Positions 13,074-31,757 are shown, counted from the stretch's first letter. The stretch: DNA of 64,000 nucleotides from the human T2T-CHM13v2.0 reference genome, Homo sapiens (GCF_009914755.1 NC_060928.1); one strand, 5' to 3'. A program made the numbers and translations. Notes: generated by a model not told the origin, from the letters alone.

Positions 13074-14088
13074 ATGGGGAAAAAACAGAACAGAAAAACT
13101 GGAAACTAAAAATCAGAGCTCCTCTCCTCCTCCAAAGGAAGGCAGCTCCTCACCTGCAACAGAACAAAGCTGGACAGAGAATGACTTTGACGAGCTGAGA
13201 GAAGAAGGCTTCAGACGATCAAATTACTCTGAGCTACGGGAGGACATTCAAACCAAAGGCAAAGAAGTTGAAAACTTTGAAAAAAATTTAGAAGAATGTA
13301 TAACTAGAATAACCAATACAGAGAAGTGCTTAAAGGAGCTGATGGAGCTGAAAACCAAGGCTCGAGAACTAGGTGAAGAATGCAGAAGCCTCAGGAGCCG
13401 ATGCAATCAACTGGAAGAAAGGGTATCAGCAATGGAAGATGAAATGAATGAAATGAAGTGAGAAGGAAAGTTTAGAGAAAAAAGAATAAAAAGAAATGAG
13501 CAAAGCCTCCAAGAAATATGGGACTATGTGAAAAGACCAAATCTACGTCTGATTGGTGTACCTGAAAGTGATGGGGAGAATGGAACCAAGTTGGAAAACA
13601 CTCTGCAGGATATTATCCAGGAGAATTTCCCCAATCTACCAAGGCAGGCCAATGTTCAGATTCAGGAAATACAGAGAACGCCACAAAGATACTCCTCCAG
13701 AAGAGCAACTCCAAGACACATAATTGTCAGATTCACCAAAGTTGAAATGAAGGAAAAAATGTTAAGGGCAGCCAGAGAGAAAGGTCGGGTTACCCTCAAA
13801 GGGAAGCCCATCAGACTAACAGCGGATCTCTCAGCAGAAACCCTACAAGCCAGAAGAGAGTGGGGACCAATATTCAACATTCTTAAAGAAAAGAATTTTC
13901 AACCCAGAATTTCATATCCAGCCAAACTAAGCTTCATAAGTGAAGGAGAAATAAAATACTTTACAGAGAAGCAAAGGCTGAGAGATTTTGTCACCACTAG
14001 GCCTGCCCTAAAAGAGCTCCTAAAGGAAGCGCTAAACATGGAAAGGAACAACTGGTACTAGCTGCTGCAAAATCATGCCAAAATGTAA
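13074..14088 (+). pseudogene. L1 ORF1 (RNA-binding chaperone), disrupted
   Basis: ATGGGGAAAAAACAG start; a 2-nt deletion gives TAA at codon 12; CGA>TGA at 13459-13461; premature TAG at 14059-14061; native stop at 14086-14088. Confidence 0.92.
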
Positions 14089-14136
14089 AGACCATTGAGA
14101 CTAGGAAGAAACTGCATCAACTAACGAGCAAAATAA

Positions 14137-17967
<3,831 letters not shown>

Positions 17968-18559
17968 GTGGGAATTGAACAATGAGATCACATGGACACA
18001 GGAAGGGGAACATCACACTCTGGGGACTGTTGTGGGGTGGGTGGAGGGGGGAGGGATGGCATTGGGAGATATACCTAATGCTAGGTGACGAGTTAGTGGG
18101 TGCAGCACACCAGCATGGCACATGTATACGTATGTAACTAACCTGCACAATGTGCACATGTACCCTAAAACTTAAAGTATAATTTAAAAAAATAAATTAA
18201 AAAAAAAAAACTGATTCACGTAAGAACTTCAAAAGTCTTAAGACAAAATTGTAGAATTCTTTGATATTTAATGAATTAAAATGGTTTAAACAAAGCATAG
18301 CTACATATTACGGTTGAAAGGAATACAAACATTTATAAATATATAATATTGAACATTGCAAATTATTCCAAAGTTTTTCCAGAATTTTTAAGGGTTTCTT
18401 CTGTGACAGCGAATTTGGGAAAACATGCGTTTAGTGATTATACACATAATCTATATTCTTTAAATCCCTATCAATTATTGGTTCCCAAAAGGAACCATTT
18501 GGGAATATGATGATGATAATAATAAAAATAAAACTAACAATAACAATAAATAATAGTAA

Positions 18560-18680
18560 TGATAACAATAATAATGGAAGTTAATAACTATTTAGCCTTT
18601 ATTCTACGCCAGGAGCTCTAATATTCACATATAGTAACTTATTTAACATTTTGTAGCAACCGTATGAGATAGGTTCATTT
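18560..18680 (-). mobile_element. MIR fragment preceded by an (AAT)n-rich tract
   Basis: tacgccagg..cttatttaa..gcaaccgtatgagataggt resembles the antisense MIR 3' part. Confidence 0.5.
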
Positions 18681-19269
18681 TTTGTTAACATGTTAATTAT
18701 ATAGTACAAGAGATAAATATAATGTAAAAATAAAAAATGGTTATTTAGGGTTTACTATGGGCTTAGTAGGAAATCTAAAGATGAGCTTGCCATTGACATG
18801 TGACACCAGTAGAAAGGCATGTTTATATAGAATGTGCCCAGAAAGTTTATTGGCCAAATAACTTCACTGAGTAAATGAACACACTTCCAAGAGAAGAACT
18901 AGAGTTGAAACTGTGGTTTCAAAGGAACAATGATCAGCATTTAAATTACTTAAAATGAAATCATAAATAAGTCTGTAATTGCAAAACTGAATGCCAAAGT
19001 CAAAATGCATTGTTGAAAGAAGTGATGCTATATTACATATATATTTTTTTAAGTTTGAAAATAACCTAACTTTAAAGGACTAATTAATTTACAAGCCAAA
19101 AATTGGTACAGAAAAGTGAACATTCTCTACAATAAGGAATTACTTAATAAATATTTAAAATGAGTCAATAATTTTTAACCTTTAATAAGGGAGATAAATC
19201 ATATGATTTCATATTGATATTGATAATTTGACAAATATGGATTCAAGTGTTTTCATGTTCAAATAGTTA

Positions 19270-20050
19270 ATGTTAAAACTAGTAGATTGAAAAACAGGAT
19301 ATACGGCATTCAAAACTCTAACTTAGAAAATAAAAGAGCCAAACAAACACAAAAATATTCAAAAGGTAAAAGAACATGAAGAAGTAAATATAAACAAAAA
19401 ATTTATAATATATTAAATACAACACATATAAAATTGTTAAACTTTCATATTGAAAATTAAAGATTTAGATACGTTTCAAAACACATGTTTAAGTCAAAAA
19501 AACAGAGAATAAATAGTAAAATTTAGATACAGATATAGTCAAAGGATGGGTGGGAAAAAAGAGACACAGTCAAGAAAATAGGTTAAAAACAAGGTTAGGC
19601 ATAAACATAGACTACATATCCTGCAAGATAAAGAATTATGAGGAACAAAAGAATACAGTTTTATAAAAGAAGTAATCTTATAATGAATATATAATGTCTA
19701 TGTGAAACCTACTTTCAATAAATAAAGTAAAATATTAGCATCTTTCTCTCTAAAATTGGGGGAAAGGCAAAGCTCTCACCCTTTCTATTTGATATTGTGC
19801 TAGACATGATAGCCAGGACAACAAAGAAAGATAAAAGAAATAAAAGCTACACAATATTTAAAGCAAGAGGCAAAACTTCTCTTTTAGCACACATTATTAT
19901 CAATGTAAAAAACCTAAGGAATATACAATGTAACTGCTAGAACTAAGAAGTTAATTTAGTTAGACTGTAAAATTTAAAATCAACATACACAAATAGGCCA
20001 TATTTATATTATCAGAAAATAATTAAAAATAAAATAATTCTACTTATAAT
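19270..20050 (+). mobile_element. Ancient L1M ORF2 remnant
   Basis: A-rich; ctcaccctttctatttgatattgtgctaga and ctgctagaactaagaagttaatttag align by eye to the L1 RT region. Confidence 0.6.
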
Positions 20051-22630
20051 ATGCATTAATCATATGAATCAATCCTTCAACATTAATGATACATCATAGC
20101 ACTTATGTATACTCATGCATATATATAAACATACCCACACAGACATATATGAACATTCATATCTATCAGTTCTATTTTAGTTATTTCTATTGTGTCTGAA
20201 GCAGAACATGTTGTAACCAATATCAAAGATATAGAATATAATTTTAGCTAATTTTTGAATTCATTATAACTTTTATTATTTCACTTTATCAAAGACCATG
20301 ACAGCAGAGCAGTTATACACAGATTTTTTTAAAACCTAAAACTCACTTCTTTCAACTTTTGTATGTCCAAATGGAAAAAAATGAAAAAAAAATTGAACAT
20401 ACATACAAATATATAGTACTATAATAAAAAAGGAAATTCATTGATGTCTTTTAAACAATATTTTATATTGCTTTATTTCTTATTTTTCTCCTAAGAAGTG
20501 TTTGCTAAAAGATGAAATAATGCCTACTAAATATCTCTTCCCTTATCTCTTTATTTGATAGTTCACTGTCATCAATACCTGGAGCAAATATGACATAAGA
20601 AAGTTGTAAGCATAGTTGTTTTTGATCAAAGCATGATTACATGCATAAAATAATAACACCTATTCTTTATTCTCCATGGTTTATTTGGCATTTAACTTAT
20701 TATGCTCTAACCAATAAATCATAAAGTTGTTTTCTCTCCAAATTATTGTATTGGCAATAATGACAAATGAAAGTGACTTGCTTGTGACTTTTACTATGCA
20801 ACATAAACAGATCCAAAGAAAATACATTAGACCTATTTGTAGAGTGTTTTATAGGAAGATGGAAACTGCAGATAAATATAAAAATAAAAATAAAATGCTC
20901 CCATGTAATATATTATTTTGTCTACATTAACATCAATAAACCTCATAATTCATACATTTTATATGTAGTATATGCCATTAAACATGCTTTATGAAATGAA
21001 TATGCTTTATAAACTGAAAATATACTAATATTTTTAGTATCACATATTCTGTGATAAACATTGACATATTTAAGGTTTAGGAAGTACTATTGATAGCATT
21101 TATGATAAATAACATTTGGTAAAAAATATAAAATGTACTTTGCCATGAATTTTGATCTATAAATATTATTTATAACAAATCTGATAGAAATATTTACATA
21201 TTATATCAACTTCTCAGGACCAAGGAAGTGAAAATATTTAATGCACATTCTATCTAATGTTAAATCATTTTCTAGAAAAATCAAAGCAGCATATAACTTG
21301 TTTTCATAAAGATCATGGTAAAATTTTAAGTTGTTTTACTGAATGTAACATAATTATTTTACTGATTTTAGTTATAAACAATTCACGTAGGCACAACGTT
21401 AATTCTCCATTTTTGAATTGCTGAACTTATTGAAAATATCACACAACCAATAAAATATAAGAAAATTCATGTTATATATTAACTTTTCTTACACGTTTAT
21501 ATGTTAGACTGCAATGGAATATGTAAACTGAAATTTTAGAAAAAAATAATCAAAACAAAAAAAGAAAATTAAGCCTTAGAGAACAATTGCCAAATAAATT
21601 CAAAAGAGCTGAAGAGCTCTGGAACTTTTCAGTAGTAAAGCAATATTAACCACGACTTTGAAAAATGCCTAGACCAGAATACTAATAAATATCTGATGAA
21701 TGAATGAATCAATCAATCATGTGATTATGTATTTTTCCTTGGAATAATTATATATTTTTTCATGGAACTGCTAAAAATAACTCCTTATTCATTATATAAC
21801 AGACATTTACTGAATGCATATTATATGCCAGAAATACTAGAATGTAACCTCATGGAGCTTTTAATCTAGTAGAAATTTTAATGGAAAAATTTTTAAAAAG
21901 AGGTTGTTCAATTTCAGTGAACAACCTTTTAAAGATATTGCCAACATTATCTCCATTTTCTAACAGGCTATTTAAATTATTATGGAGAAATTCTTTGGTG
22001 CTGCTCTCACATTCAATGAAACAAACTCTATACATGCATTTAGGCATTAATAACTTCCTCTTTGTACAGTCACATTTTAGTCATATAGCAGTTTCCTGAT
22101 GCATATCATCTTAATTTCCACCTAAGTAGTTTAAGTACAGCATTTTTGAAACAGATTTTGATACTCTTATGGCATCATAGAACAATAGTTTTATTTCATT
22201 TATTCTGCATATATAAGTAATCTCCAAAATACAACCATTTAACTCTTTAGCTCTGTAAGTTACTTTAAAGGGCTTATTTGCAACAACATTAAATATACAG
22301 TTGTGAGGCTATATATCCAGACATACTTATTAATATTAAATTGACTTTAAACTAATTTCCTTCTTTGTTTAAAGAACTCTTTCAGTTTACTTCTATAAGC
22401 ATACATATCTAGCAGTGACTGAAGTTGTCTTATTGTGTCATTTCCAAAAGGGACTTTATATTACGAGTGTCTGATATTATAAGAGAATTTGAGATTCTTT
22501 TATTATAAAGAGAATTTTGGTAAAATTCACCTTATTTTTGGGCATAGTTACTTTTCCAACAATACCTATAGCCTACAAACTGGGCCTTACAAACTGGGAA
22601 TCACCAGGAAATAAGTTATAGTAAATTTAC

Positions 22631-22821
22631 CTCAAAGAAGGAGATGAATGTCTTTTAAACATGATTTTCAATCTTTCTAATCTCAAGTATTTTAAATTCT
22701 GAAAGTCTAGACTTGAATTGATATGGCAAAGTTCACCTGCCACCTGTCCAGTGACTTAAGAGAATGAAATTTAAAGAGGGGGTGATGCTTATTTGATGTA
22801 ACCTTTGATCTTTTGACAAAC
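22631..22821 (-). other. Candidate non-coding internal exon (191 nt)
   Basis: Minus-strand acceptor ctctatttgtttttcatag and donor gag|gtaaat; stops in all three frames; motif evidence only. Confidence 0.25.
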
Positions 22822-25800
22822 CTATGAAAAACAAATAGAGCTTTAGGAAAACCTTTCCTTTTAAAATGGGCATGCTTATATATTATTTAAGAGAAGTACC
22901 TGAGTGACATATTTCTTTTGACAATAAAATGAAAAAAAATGTTTGTAAAGCATCTCAAACACATACAGCATCAGGATACATTAGTTTCTTTCCCTTTCAA
23001 AGAAAACCAAACACAAATTGTTACAAGAACTCATGGAGAAAATAAGTCTTCTGTCTCTCCCATGTCACTGCTTTTGACAAATGAATTACCTTTTGTTAGT
23101 CCCCAGCCAAACAAATAAGAACCTTAAAAGCAACAGATGAACACTCAACAAATGGATCATTTTTTGTGACAAACTGTCTGGAAGTTGTGCTGGAGGAATG
23201 TTTTATTATTTGATCAATGACTTGACGTGTCCTACCTTTTAATACCAAATGGAAAGAATCAGAAGGCAAGCAAACATCGCATGGCTCTAACCACTCATGG
23301 GAACTACTAGGGGACATTTGATTTTCAGGAGTTTGGGAACCCGAAACATAACATGATCTATTTTTCAATCAGGCAGATCTCACTTGGGAAAGGTGCAATG
23401 ATGTTCAATATCCTTTCATTTTAAGAACAACCAAAGTGACTTACCAGAGCATAATTAACAGACCAGTAACATATCCTTTAGTATTCTAGTTTTCTAAAGC
23501 CTCCTTACTTTAAACTTTTGGTCAAGATAGGTAAAGTTACCTTGCTTCCCTCTTCTCAAACACAGATTTAAGAGATATTAAAGCTTTTGTCAGTGACAAC
23601 ACTAGATTTTGGATGCTGTTATTTTTTCCTTCACAATGTCATGCTCAAAATTGGATAAAGTGCACAAGCAAATTGCATGGCTCAGCAGTACTGGGAAAGC
23701 TAAAGGAAGCTGAGATGTGCTTTTTCTCATATTCTAAACGTACAATTATGAAATTTCTCTGATAACTTTAAAAACTAGCCTTAATCAAATATTATTTAGA
23801 GTATAACTTGGAGGTTATAAATAAACTGTTGCCTTTTTATGTAATCCAGAGGGACATAAAAGACAGATGGAGAACTGAGCATGGCCAATTGTTTTTTATA
23901 GCTACAGTTTAAAAAAAAAAATCCCCACTCACAAGGCAAAAAGCCTCTGCTACATGGCAGCTGCTGACTAGGGTGAGCAGAAAGTATCTTGCTGAAAAAA
24001 AAAAAAAGAATTCAGCAGTACAGCAATGTGATTAGTTAAGCTCTATGGTGTTCCTCAGATAAAGGACGTGAAGCTGGAATTTTAAAGATAGAGTTCATAA
24101 AATAGTATCAAGAAGGCTTTTTATTTTGCCATTGATATTCTAAGAGACTGCGGCTATCAGAGTTGCAAATACTGTATCCAGAATCTTAGACTTCACTAGC
24201 TGCCTTTTAACCTTTGCCATGTGGCATATGAATGTGGCTTGTTTAGTGAATTTTATGACATAATTAATAGGCATTGTCAGAGATTCTCATTTATGATCAT
24301 GGGGGGTTGGCAACCCTTTGTTGCTTTCATTCCAGACTCTGAGAAATTAGCCAGATGGTATGTCCTACCACCAAACTGCAATGTGGAAGACATCCTTCTC
24401 AGGACACTTTCAAATCCTTTCTGGCCAACTTCATGGCTTCTGCAGTAGTTAAATTAGTTACAGTTTTACTTAATTAGTTCTAACTGCATAGGTTGTTTAT
24501 AGATTCCCTCTAAAACTTCACTGAGATAAAAATTAGTACTGTAAATAGTTTAGTTTTCTCACCTATATTTAACTTAGTGAAAAGACAACACAGTATACTA
24601 CAAAAAGTTATCTCCATTATACATAAATTCCAGTCCAAACTCTGACACAAACACACTCCTTGAGCCCAGAGATCACTCTCACTCAGTTGCTTCATCTTTA
24701 TAAATAAATATTGGGCTCAATGATCTGATTCTTTCCAACTAGAGAAGACCATGGGCTCTAAGTCTTCCCATGTGCAATCCATCACAAGCTCTATGCTGGT
24801 TTAAGTAGACCCTAACTTGGCTTTCAAAAATTAAAATATGTGGTTTTGAAGATTTGTGAGAGTCCTTGAAGTTCTATGACAAATAGCAATTTTTAGTTTT
24901 GCTTAGGAACAAATTTTATTTGCACACAGTGCAAGGCTATATGCAGGAAAGTAGGATTTATTATAAGAAAATCTAGTCCTCTATCCACCATTTGTATATC
25001 AATGTAGTTGCATGTTATCTTCTCATTATCAGTCTTATTACGGTTGCAAAGCGGCCACTTAATATTTTTCTTTTTTAGTATATCTTCTTTCATTTCATGA
25101 AGGAAATCAATAATGTAATATATCCTATTACTTTGAAAAATTAGTCTTTTATATAAAGTGTGAATTATACATTGAGGTTAACTGAACATAGATCTATAAT
25201 GGAAACCAGGAACATTAGGACCTTTGGGAAATTCCCATATGCATCAATACATATAATTCATATCAGCATTTTCTAACTCCCCACCCTAAGCACTCACAGA
25301 TTCCAAAAGCTTTGATGCTTTATGTGAACCAATATATACATATACTGTTTATTAATAAAGTTTATTGATTTATATTCTGTAAATTAACAGAAAATGTTTT
25401 CAACTGCTTAGTAAGTGATATACATTATAGTGTAAGTTATAATAATTTCAAAATCATTTGTTAATTTTTATAAACATTTGGTGTAATATTTTGTTTGACG
25501 TGGCCATCACTAAGTAATGCCTCTGTCTAGTCTATGATTTGACATAGAGAACTGCACCAAACTTTTCTGACATTAAATTTCTACCATTAAATTGACAGTT
25601 ATTAGGTGCCATCTGGATAGTCATTAGGCGTCTCGATAAGCAGAGAATTTCTCTTCAGATCAATAACATTGTTCATAGTGCTGACTCTTCTTTCAGCTTC
25701 AACTAAATAGCAATGGCATGTAAATATTTTCTAGTCCAAGTCTGAGTTCCTTATATATTCAATTTTCTATCACCCACTAAAACATAACAATAATAAATCT

Positions 25801-25859
25801 GAATCTCACATTTAATTGGATTAAATGAATCATTCTGGTCAGATGAGAAGTAGCATAAA

Positions 25860-25975
25860 TGCTTGTTGGGAGCATGGGCATGTTGCCAGGCTGCTTGAGT
25901 TAAAGTTCTGGCTCTGCCATTTAAGTTATAAATAAGCACTCAAATGCTTCAGTTTCCTTTCCTGTTGAATGAGCA
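25860..25975 (+). mobile_element. MIR fragment
   Basis: ctggctctgccattta..cttcagtttcctt core. Confidence 0.6.
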
Positions 25976-26119
25976 AGACTCAAATGTCTTAGAATTGTGT
26001 CTGATCCTGGATTTATTGTTAATATCACTGCTATTAATGCCTGTGACTTGCTTTCATGTAGTGAATTAAATAGAGATGATATTTAACTGAGAAGGCTGAA
26101 AGCAAGAATTTGCACTTCT

Positions 26120-26990
26120 AACACCTCCTGGCCTGATATTACTACTGCAGCCTACCTCCATCCTCTGCTTCCTCCTCCTTTGCTAGAATCCCCACCCTGC
26201 CAGGAGATTCAGCAGTCCCTGGTCTTTGCCTGAGGCTGTCCCATTATCCCCTATCTTCCAGTTTGCTCCATTCTCTATCTGTCTATCTGCTTTCTTGGAG
26301 TCAAGGTCCCAAAAGGGGCTACAGTCTACTCAAGCACAATTTGAGGATGGTAAGGGACGGGCCAAGCAGTGGTGGGTGGCCACAACCTCATGGGGCCAAA
26401 ATGACACTAAGCATTTGTCCGCCAAGATGCTAGCACTGTCTGTAGGAATACCACCTTTCCTTTTGGTATTTAGGTCTGTTCTGGGCAGAGGGAAACAGGT
26501 GTGAATGGGCCAGTCAAAGAGCTACAGTGAGCCATCTGGTAGTCCAGCAGGCTGGCAGGGGCCAGTGTGGGTCTAAATGGTGTTCACTCTGAGGTCCCTG
26601 GAACATGGGATAGGCAAGACCCTTGGGCATTACTAGGAGGGAGATCCCATGTTGTTACCTAAGAGCTAATCTGAGAGTTTGGTCAGCAATGGCACTGACT
26701 GACCACTTATAATAGCTTAGGCAAAAAGCAGGGTCCTAAAGTCTCCCCACTTAAGATAGGCATTAACCCTTTAGTTGCTGGCGTGGTCTGAAGTAATCCT
26801 AGGGGAAGGCTGGGTGGCAAAGGCCCTGGAGTAAAGTGAGCTTGCAACAATGGCACTTTTCAACAGATATAGACATATTTCAACAACAGGTAAAGCCATC
26901 CCAGTGTGTGGTGGCTAAACATCAGTCCTATCTAGATGAAGCATGTGCTTTCCACTACTCTCCCATCCCTCAGTCGTGGGCTAGTAATCT
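26120..26990. mobile_element. GC-richer island, probable old ERVL-type LTR
   Basis: Abrupt compositional shift; family not recognised; an L2 3' end follows at 27010-27100. Confidence 0.3.
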
Positions 26991-27249
26991 GCTGCAATAT
27001 GCAGATCTCAAAGAATTGTAATGCTGGTATCTACCTGGCTTTAAAATAGCTTGGTAAATAGAAGGTGCTCAACAGATATTTGCTGAATAAGTGAACGAAT
27101 AAATGTACCTATAGAAAGAAATCTTTTCCTGTCTTAACTTCCTGAAAGGTTTGGACCACTTACTATCAGTGTTTGTGTTTACTTGAATCGATCTTATGCT
27201 TAAGGTATGCTGAACACTCTCTCAGCAACAATGAAATTTATTACTACTA

Positions 27250-27480
27250 AAATGAACATAGGCTTTGAAGTCAGATACATCATAAATCAAATTCCAGTTT
27301 TTGTTCTTACCATTTTTAGTGATCATGGACACATAATTTATGTTTTCTGAGGTTATGAGACAATGGGACTCATTTTCTCAAAATTAAGGGTAATAATGTC
27401 TTCCTTATATGCTGTTGACAGATCAAGGAAATGTATACAAACTTAGTAAACTCATAACTAGAAATAAAAAATAAGTAGTC
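27250..27480 (+). mobile_element. MIR
   Basis: ataggctttgaagtcagatac..aaattaaggtaataatgtcttcct. Confidence 0.55.
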
Positions 27481-28444
27481 CTTGTTATTGTAGTTGTATT
27501 ATTATTGGTGATGTTATTAATACAATGTATTATACTGTCAGCATCTCCTTCTCTGGAAAAGACAAGTCTTAATACTCAGGTCAAGCTCCCATTACTTTAA
27601 TTAGCTAAATTCTGGTTTTCCTTTCCATCCTACACATCCAGGTTATAAACTTGCTGCATACATAGAACCAAACCCTAATTGTCTGATGATAATTCAGAAC
27701 ATGGTACTTGACTTCTTTTTTCACTAAAAGCTAGATGTAATTACAGAACTCCTCACTAATTGTCAGAAAATGCTTTGAGGAAAGAATAGGAGCAGGAAAA
27801 ACATGCTTTCTGATGTATATCCTGCTGATCTGCCAGGCATCCCGACCATTCTTGTTACTACAGAGCAATAACATTTATTATCTTAATTATGTGTAGTATT
27901 TTTCTATAAGTCAGGTAATTATTTCACCTTGTAGACCTGTGGACCCAGAGTCCAGGTTAAATGCTTCAAGAAAAAGTTATTTTGTTTCTATAATAATATT
28001 AACATTTAATGGGAAAAACAGGTATTCTTTAACACTCTGCTTTCTGAAACATTTCTTTCTCTTTAGTTCTTGTTTTGGCTTTAATTTGAAATAGTCTTAG
28101 CTGTCACAGGCTGTTTTTAGGGCAAAAAAATAGTCTTGAAGATTTTTTAACTTATTGATGGCCTTAGAGGTATGTAAAAGAGATATATTATCAAAGTTGG
28201 AAGATTAATCTCTAGCCAGTAGAAGCTGAAAACAGCAGAGGGATTTGCTGGGCTTTGCCTGCAGATGAGGATGGGCCACCAATGGGGAGTGAAGAAGCTT
28301 AAAAGATGTTTCAGTATGTAGTTTGGAGCAGACATTCAGATCACTGTCTTGAGATAGGAAGTTAACCAAGGTAACCATTTGAAATTGAAAATGGTTGTAA
28401 CAGACCAGTTCAATTGTATCTAAATTTGTGTGCTACTCCTAGAG

Positions 28445-28969
28445 CAGCGATCCCCAACCTTCTTGGCACCAGGGACCGGTTTCATGGAAGACAAGTTTTC
28501 CACAGACCAGGGGGGACGGCATGGTTTCAGGATGATTCGAGCACATTACATTTATTATCCACTTTAATTCTATTATTATTAAATTGTGATATATAATGAA
28601 ATAATTATACAACTTACCATAATGTAGAATCAGTGGGAGCCCTGAGCTTGTTTTCCCACAACTAGACAGTCCCATGTTGGAGTGATGGGAGACAGTGACA
28701 GATCATTAGGCATTAGATTCTCATAAGGAGCACGCAACCCAGATCCCTCACATGCACAGTTCACAATAGGGTTCATGCTCCCACAAGAATCTAACACAAC
28801 CGCTGATCTGACAGGAGGCAGAACTCAGGCAGTAATGCAAGCAGTGGGGAGTGGCTGTAAATACAGATGAAGCTTTGCTCACTTGCCTGCCACATACCTC
28901 CTGCTATGCAGCCTGTCTCCTAACAGGGAGACCAGTACCAGTCCGTGGCCCAGGAGTTGGGGATCTCTA
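28445..28969 (+). mobile_element. MER1A non-autonomous hAT-Charlie DNA transposon
   Basis: Terminal inverted repeats cagcgatccccaac / gttggggatctcta; 8-bp TSD tcctagag (28437-28444) / tcctagaa (28970-28977); 525 bp; internal ggcattagattctcataaggag. Confidence 0.9.
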
Positions 28970-28988
28970 TCCTAGAAGACCAAATAGA

Positions 28989-29727
28989 TGTCGATGAAAA
29001 GAGTCAAACTCTGTAAAATATTTGAAGAGATTTATTCTGAGCCAAATATGAGTGACCATGGACCTGCCCAAGGTGGTCAGGGTGAGGCTTGGTTTTATAC
29101 ATTTTAGGGAGGCATGAGACATCAATCAAATACATTTAAGAAATACATTGGTTTGGTCTAGAAAGGCAAGACAACTTGAAGCAGGAGCTTCCAGGGTATA
29201 GGTAAATTTAAACATTCTCTAGTTGACAATTGGTCGAGTTTGTCTAAAGACCTGGGATCAATAAAAAGGAAATGTTCAGGCTGAGATAAAAGATTGTGGA
29301 GACCAAAGTTTTTTGAAGTCTCAAAGTGGCTGCCCTTAGAGACAATAGATGACACATGTTTCCTATTCAGACCTTTAAAAGGTACTAAACTCTCAGTTAA
29401 TCTCTTCAGGATTGGGAGGGCCTAGAAGAATAAGATCCAGCTATGTTAATAGAGATTCTTTACAGGTGCGTATTTTCTCCCACGAAAGATGGCTTTGTAG
29501 GGCCATTTCAAAATATGGAGAAGAAACATGTTTTCAGGTAAAATATTTTGATTTTCTTCTTTGTCAAGTAATGTTATGTCAGAGTCAAACTGGAAAGTAA
29601 GTCACGATATATAGGGTTAAATAAAGCCCATCTGATGAGAATTTATGCTTTGTAGGGCATGGCTCCCCAGGCCCCTTAGATAGGAATTTGGGCAAGATTA
29701 AAAAAAAAAATCAGAGCTTAGCCTTCA
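28989..29727 (-). mobile_element. MER4D/MER4E-group ERV1 solo LTR
   Basis: TG...CA termini; gaaaagagtcaaactctgtaaaatatttgaagagatttattctgagcc and ttagataggaatttgggcaagat..tcagagcttag match the recalled MER4 family. Confidence 0.8.
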
Positions 29728-31757
29728 GTGAGTATAGTAAAACATTCTTGCTGAATATAAGCAAAAGACTATACAAAAGGCACAAGACACTCCCATCACT
29801 TTTTCCTAAAAATGTAGAGATACAGAGGCCTTAAAATCATTTCAATTTTTAAACCCTGCATATCAATAAGTTTCTTGACTACCTGTGTTAGACCAGTTTT
29901 CCTGTTAGACCAGTATAATTTCCCAATACAAAGCAGACATTATTGTTTGTATGTCTTTATTTGAAAAAAAAAATTCTAAATCTAAAAATATGAAGAAAAC
30001 TTACAGTTGAAAAAGATTATGACAAATGCTCAGCCTCAGAGTATCAACAGGTTAAACTGTTATTATAAAAATCAATCTTGAGTGTAAAATAGCTCCAAAC
30101 TTAAAATCATGAGATTTCAAAATAAATTATTTTGCTACAACTTACATTGTTAATTAAGCTATCTGGAACATTAAAAATTAATATCATCAAGGTAGAATTT
30201 GAATTGAACTTAAATACCTAAATGATGCAGATGTTTGAAAATAAAAATTTAAACATCAGAATAACACACTTTGATCAAATAAACTTACATTTCAGACTTT
30301 GTTACAAGTTCTTTATTTTCCAACTAACAAAAGCACATTTTCCCCTCTTTTATCACTTTACAGATAACATGATAAAAGCAAAGAAGATAGGAGATGGTTG
30401 ACAGGATAGTAAAAGATGAGAAATAGTTAAGAGCAAACTGATGAAGGTTGTATGAACTAAAAAAGAGAAGTTTGAATATGAAAAGTAAATGAACAAGAAA
30501 TGAAAAACAAGTTCACATTATTTAAAAGATTTTTCCACACTTTTGAAAACATTGGATGTTGCATAATATAAAATACATTTGAAGTGTCTTTAATAATTCC
30601 TAGTAAATTCATGGAAAATTATTCTTGCCATATGAAAATACATATTGTGAATATAGTTATGCTAAAAATATCTTGAGTGAAATTTTTGGTAATGCTTATT
30701 AATGTAACTGCACTGCCTGACATATAATAAAAACAGCTGTAGAATCTTAAACAGATACTCTGATAGTAATACTAGTATCAAAAATTTGCATAAGCCTAAA
30801 GGAAAGCTTTTATCTAAAGGCCTTGAAACATCACTTATGATAAAAGTTTTATGGAGTTTATAAAAAATATTTCTATTTACACATTGTAACGAAGAAAGCA
30901 AAGCATAGAAAAGACAGTTAAAAGTGCTAGCATGTCCTCTAACATGTCCTACAAATACACTTTATTTTAGAGCTATTTTACAACTTTAAGGGAAAAATGA
31001 AAATTCAATGAAACTATGGACAATATCAAGCACCTTGTTTTCCTTATATTAAGAGATTTCACCTTTAAAATCAGTCCTTTTTGTCTCTGACCATTGAGTG
31101 CTCTCCTCAAGATTCAAAAAATAAAGAGAAACTTGCTAGTATATGTTCTTACAAAAAAAAGTACTACAATTTGATACCCATAGATTAATTAGATTATGAT
31201 GTATGATATTTTATAAAACATGATTTTAAATCTTTTAAATTTACATCTTTTACCTAAAAATTATAATTTTCCTACCTCATTCTTAGCACTGTACACTGGG
31301 GATATAATCAGAAATAAAATGAAATTATGCCCTAAAGGATACCAGTAGGTCATGGGAGAAGTAATACACATACACATAAAAAAGTAGCAGAAATTCTTCT
31401 ATCATTAACACCTTAATGAATGGTATAGACAATAAGTGAAGTTTCATAAGAACATGAAAAGTTTTAAAGAAAAGAAAATTTTCAAAGATGAGATTAGCCA
31501 TAGCTAAGTAGATTACACAACAACTCAGTTTACTAATGTTACTAAGGTTGCCCTTAAACTTAGATAGACTAAAATCATCATCATTTGGTATGAGTTACTG
31601 GGTACTAAGAGAGGAGTTTTTGTCCAAATATAATGCAGTGATTCCTCATATACCTTTAGCAGGAGATAGAAATTTTTTCAACAGTAGGAGTTAAATTTAA
31701 ATATGTAAACAAAAGTAGAGACCTTAGTAATAAGGTAACCTAAATTAGCAAAGTGAT

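Noticed and set aside
13528-14061. 177-aa ORF1 fragment as an independent gene
   Set aside because: GTG-start remnant between two premature stops of ORF1.
22572-22598. Micro tandem duplications (also near 29887-29914, 30931-30950, 51838-51875)
   Set aside because: Common slippage products of 8-17 bp with no further structure.
23096-23368. 90-aa minus-strand ORF in unique sequence
   Set aside because: Non-ATG start, no recognisable homology, no consistent exon frame.
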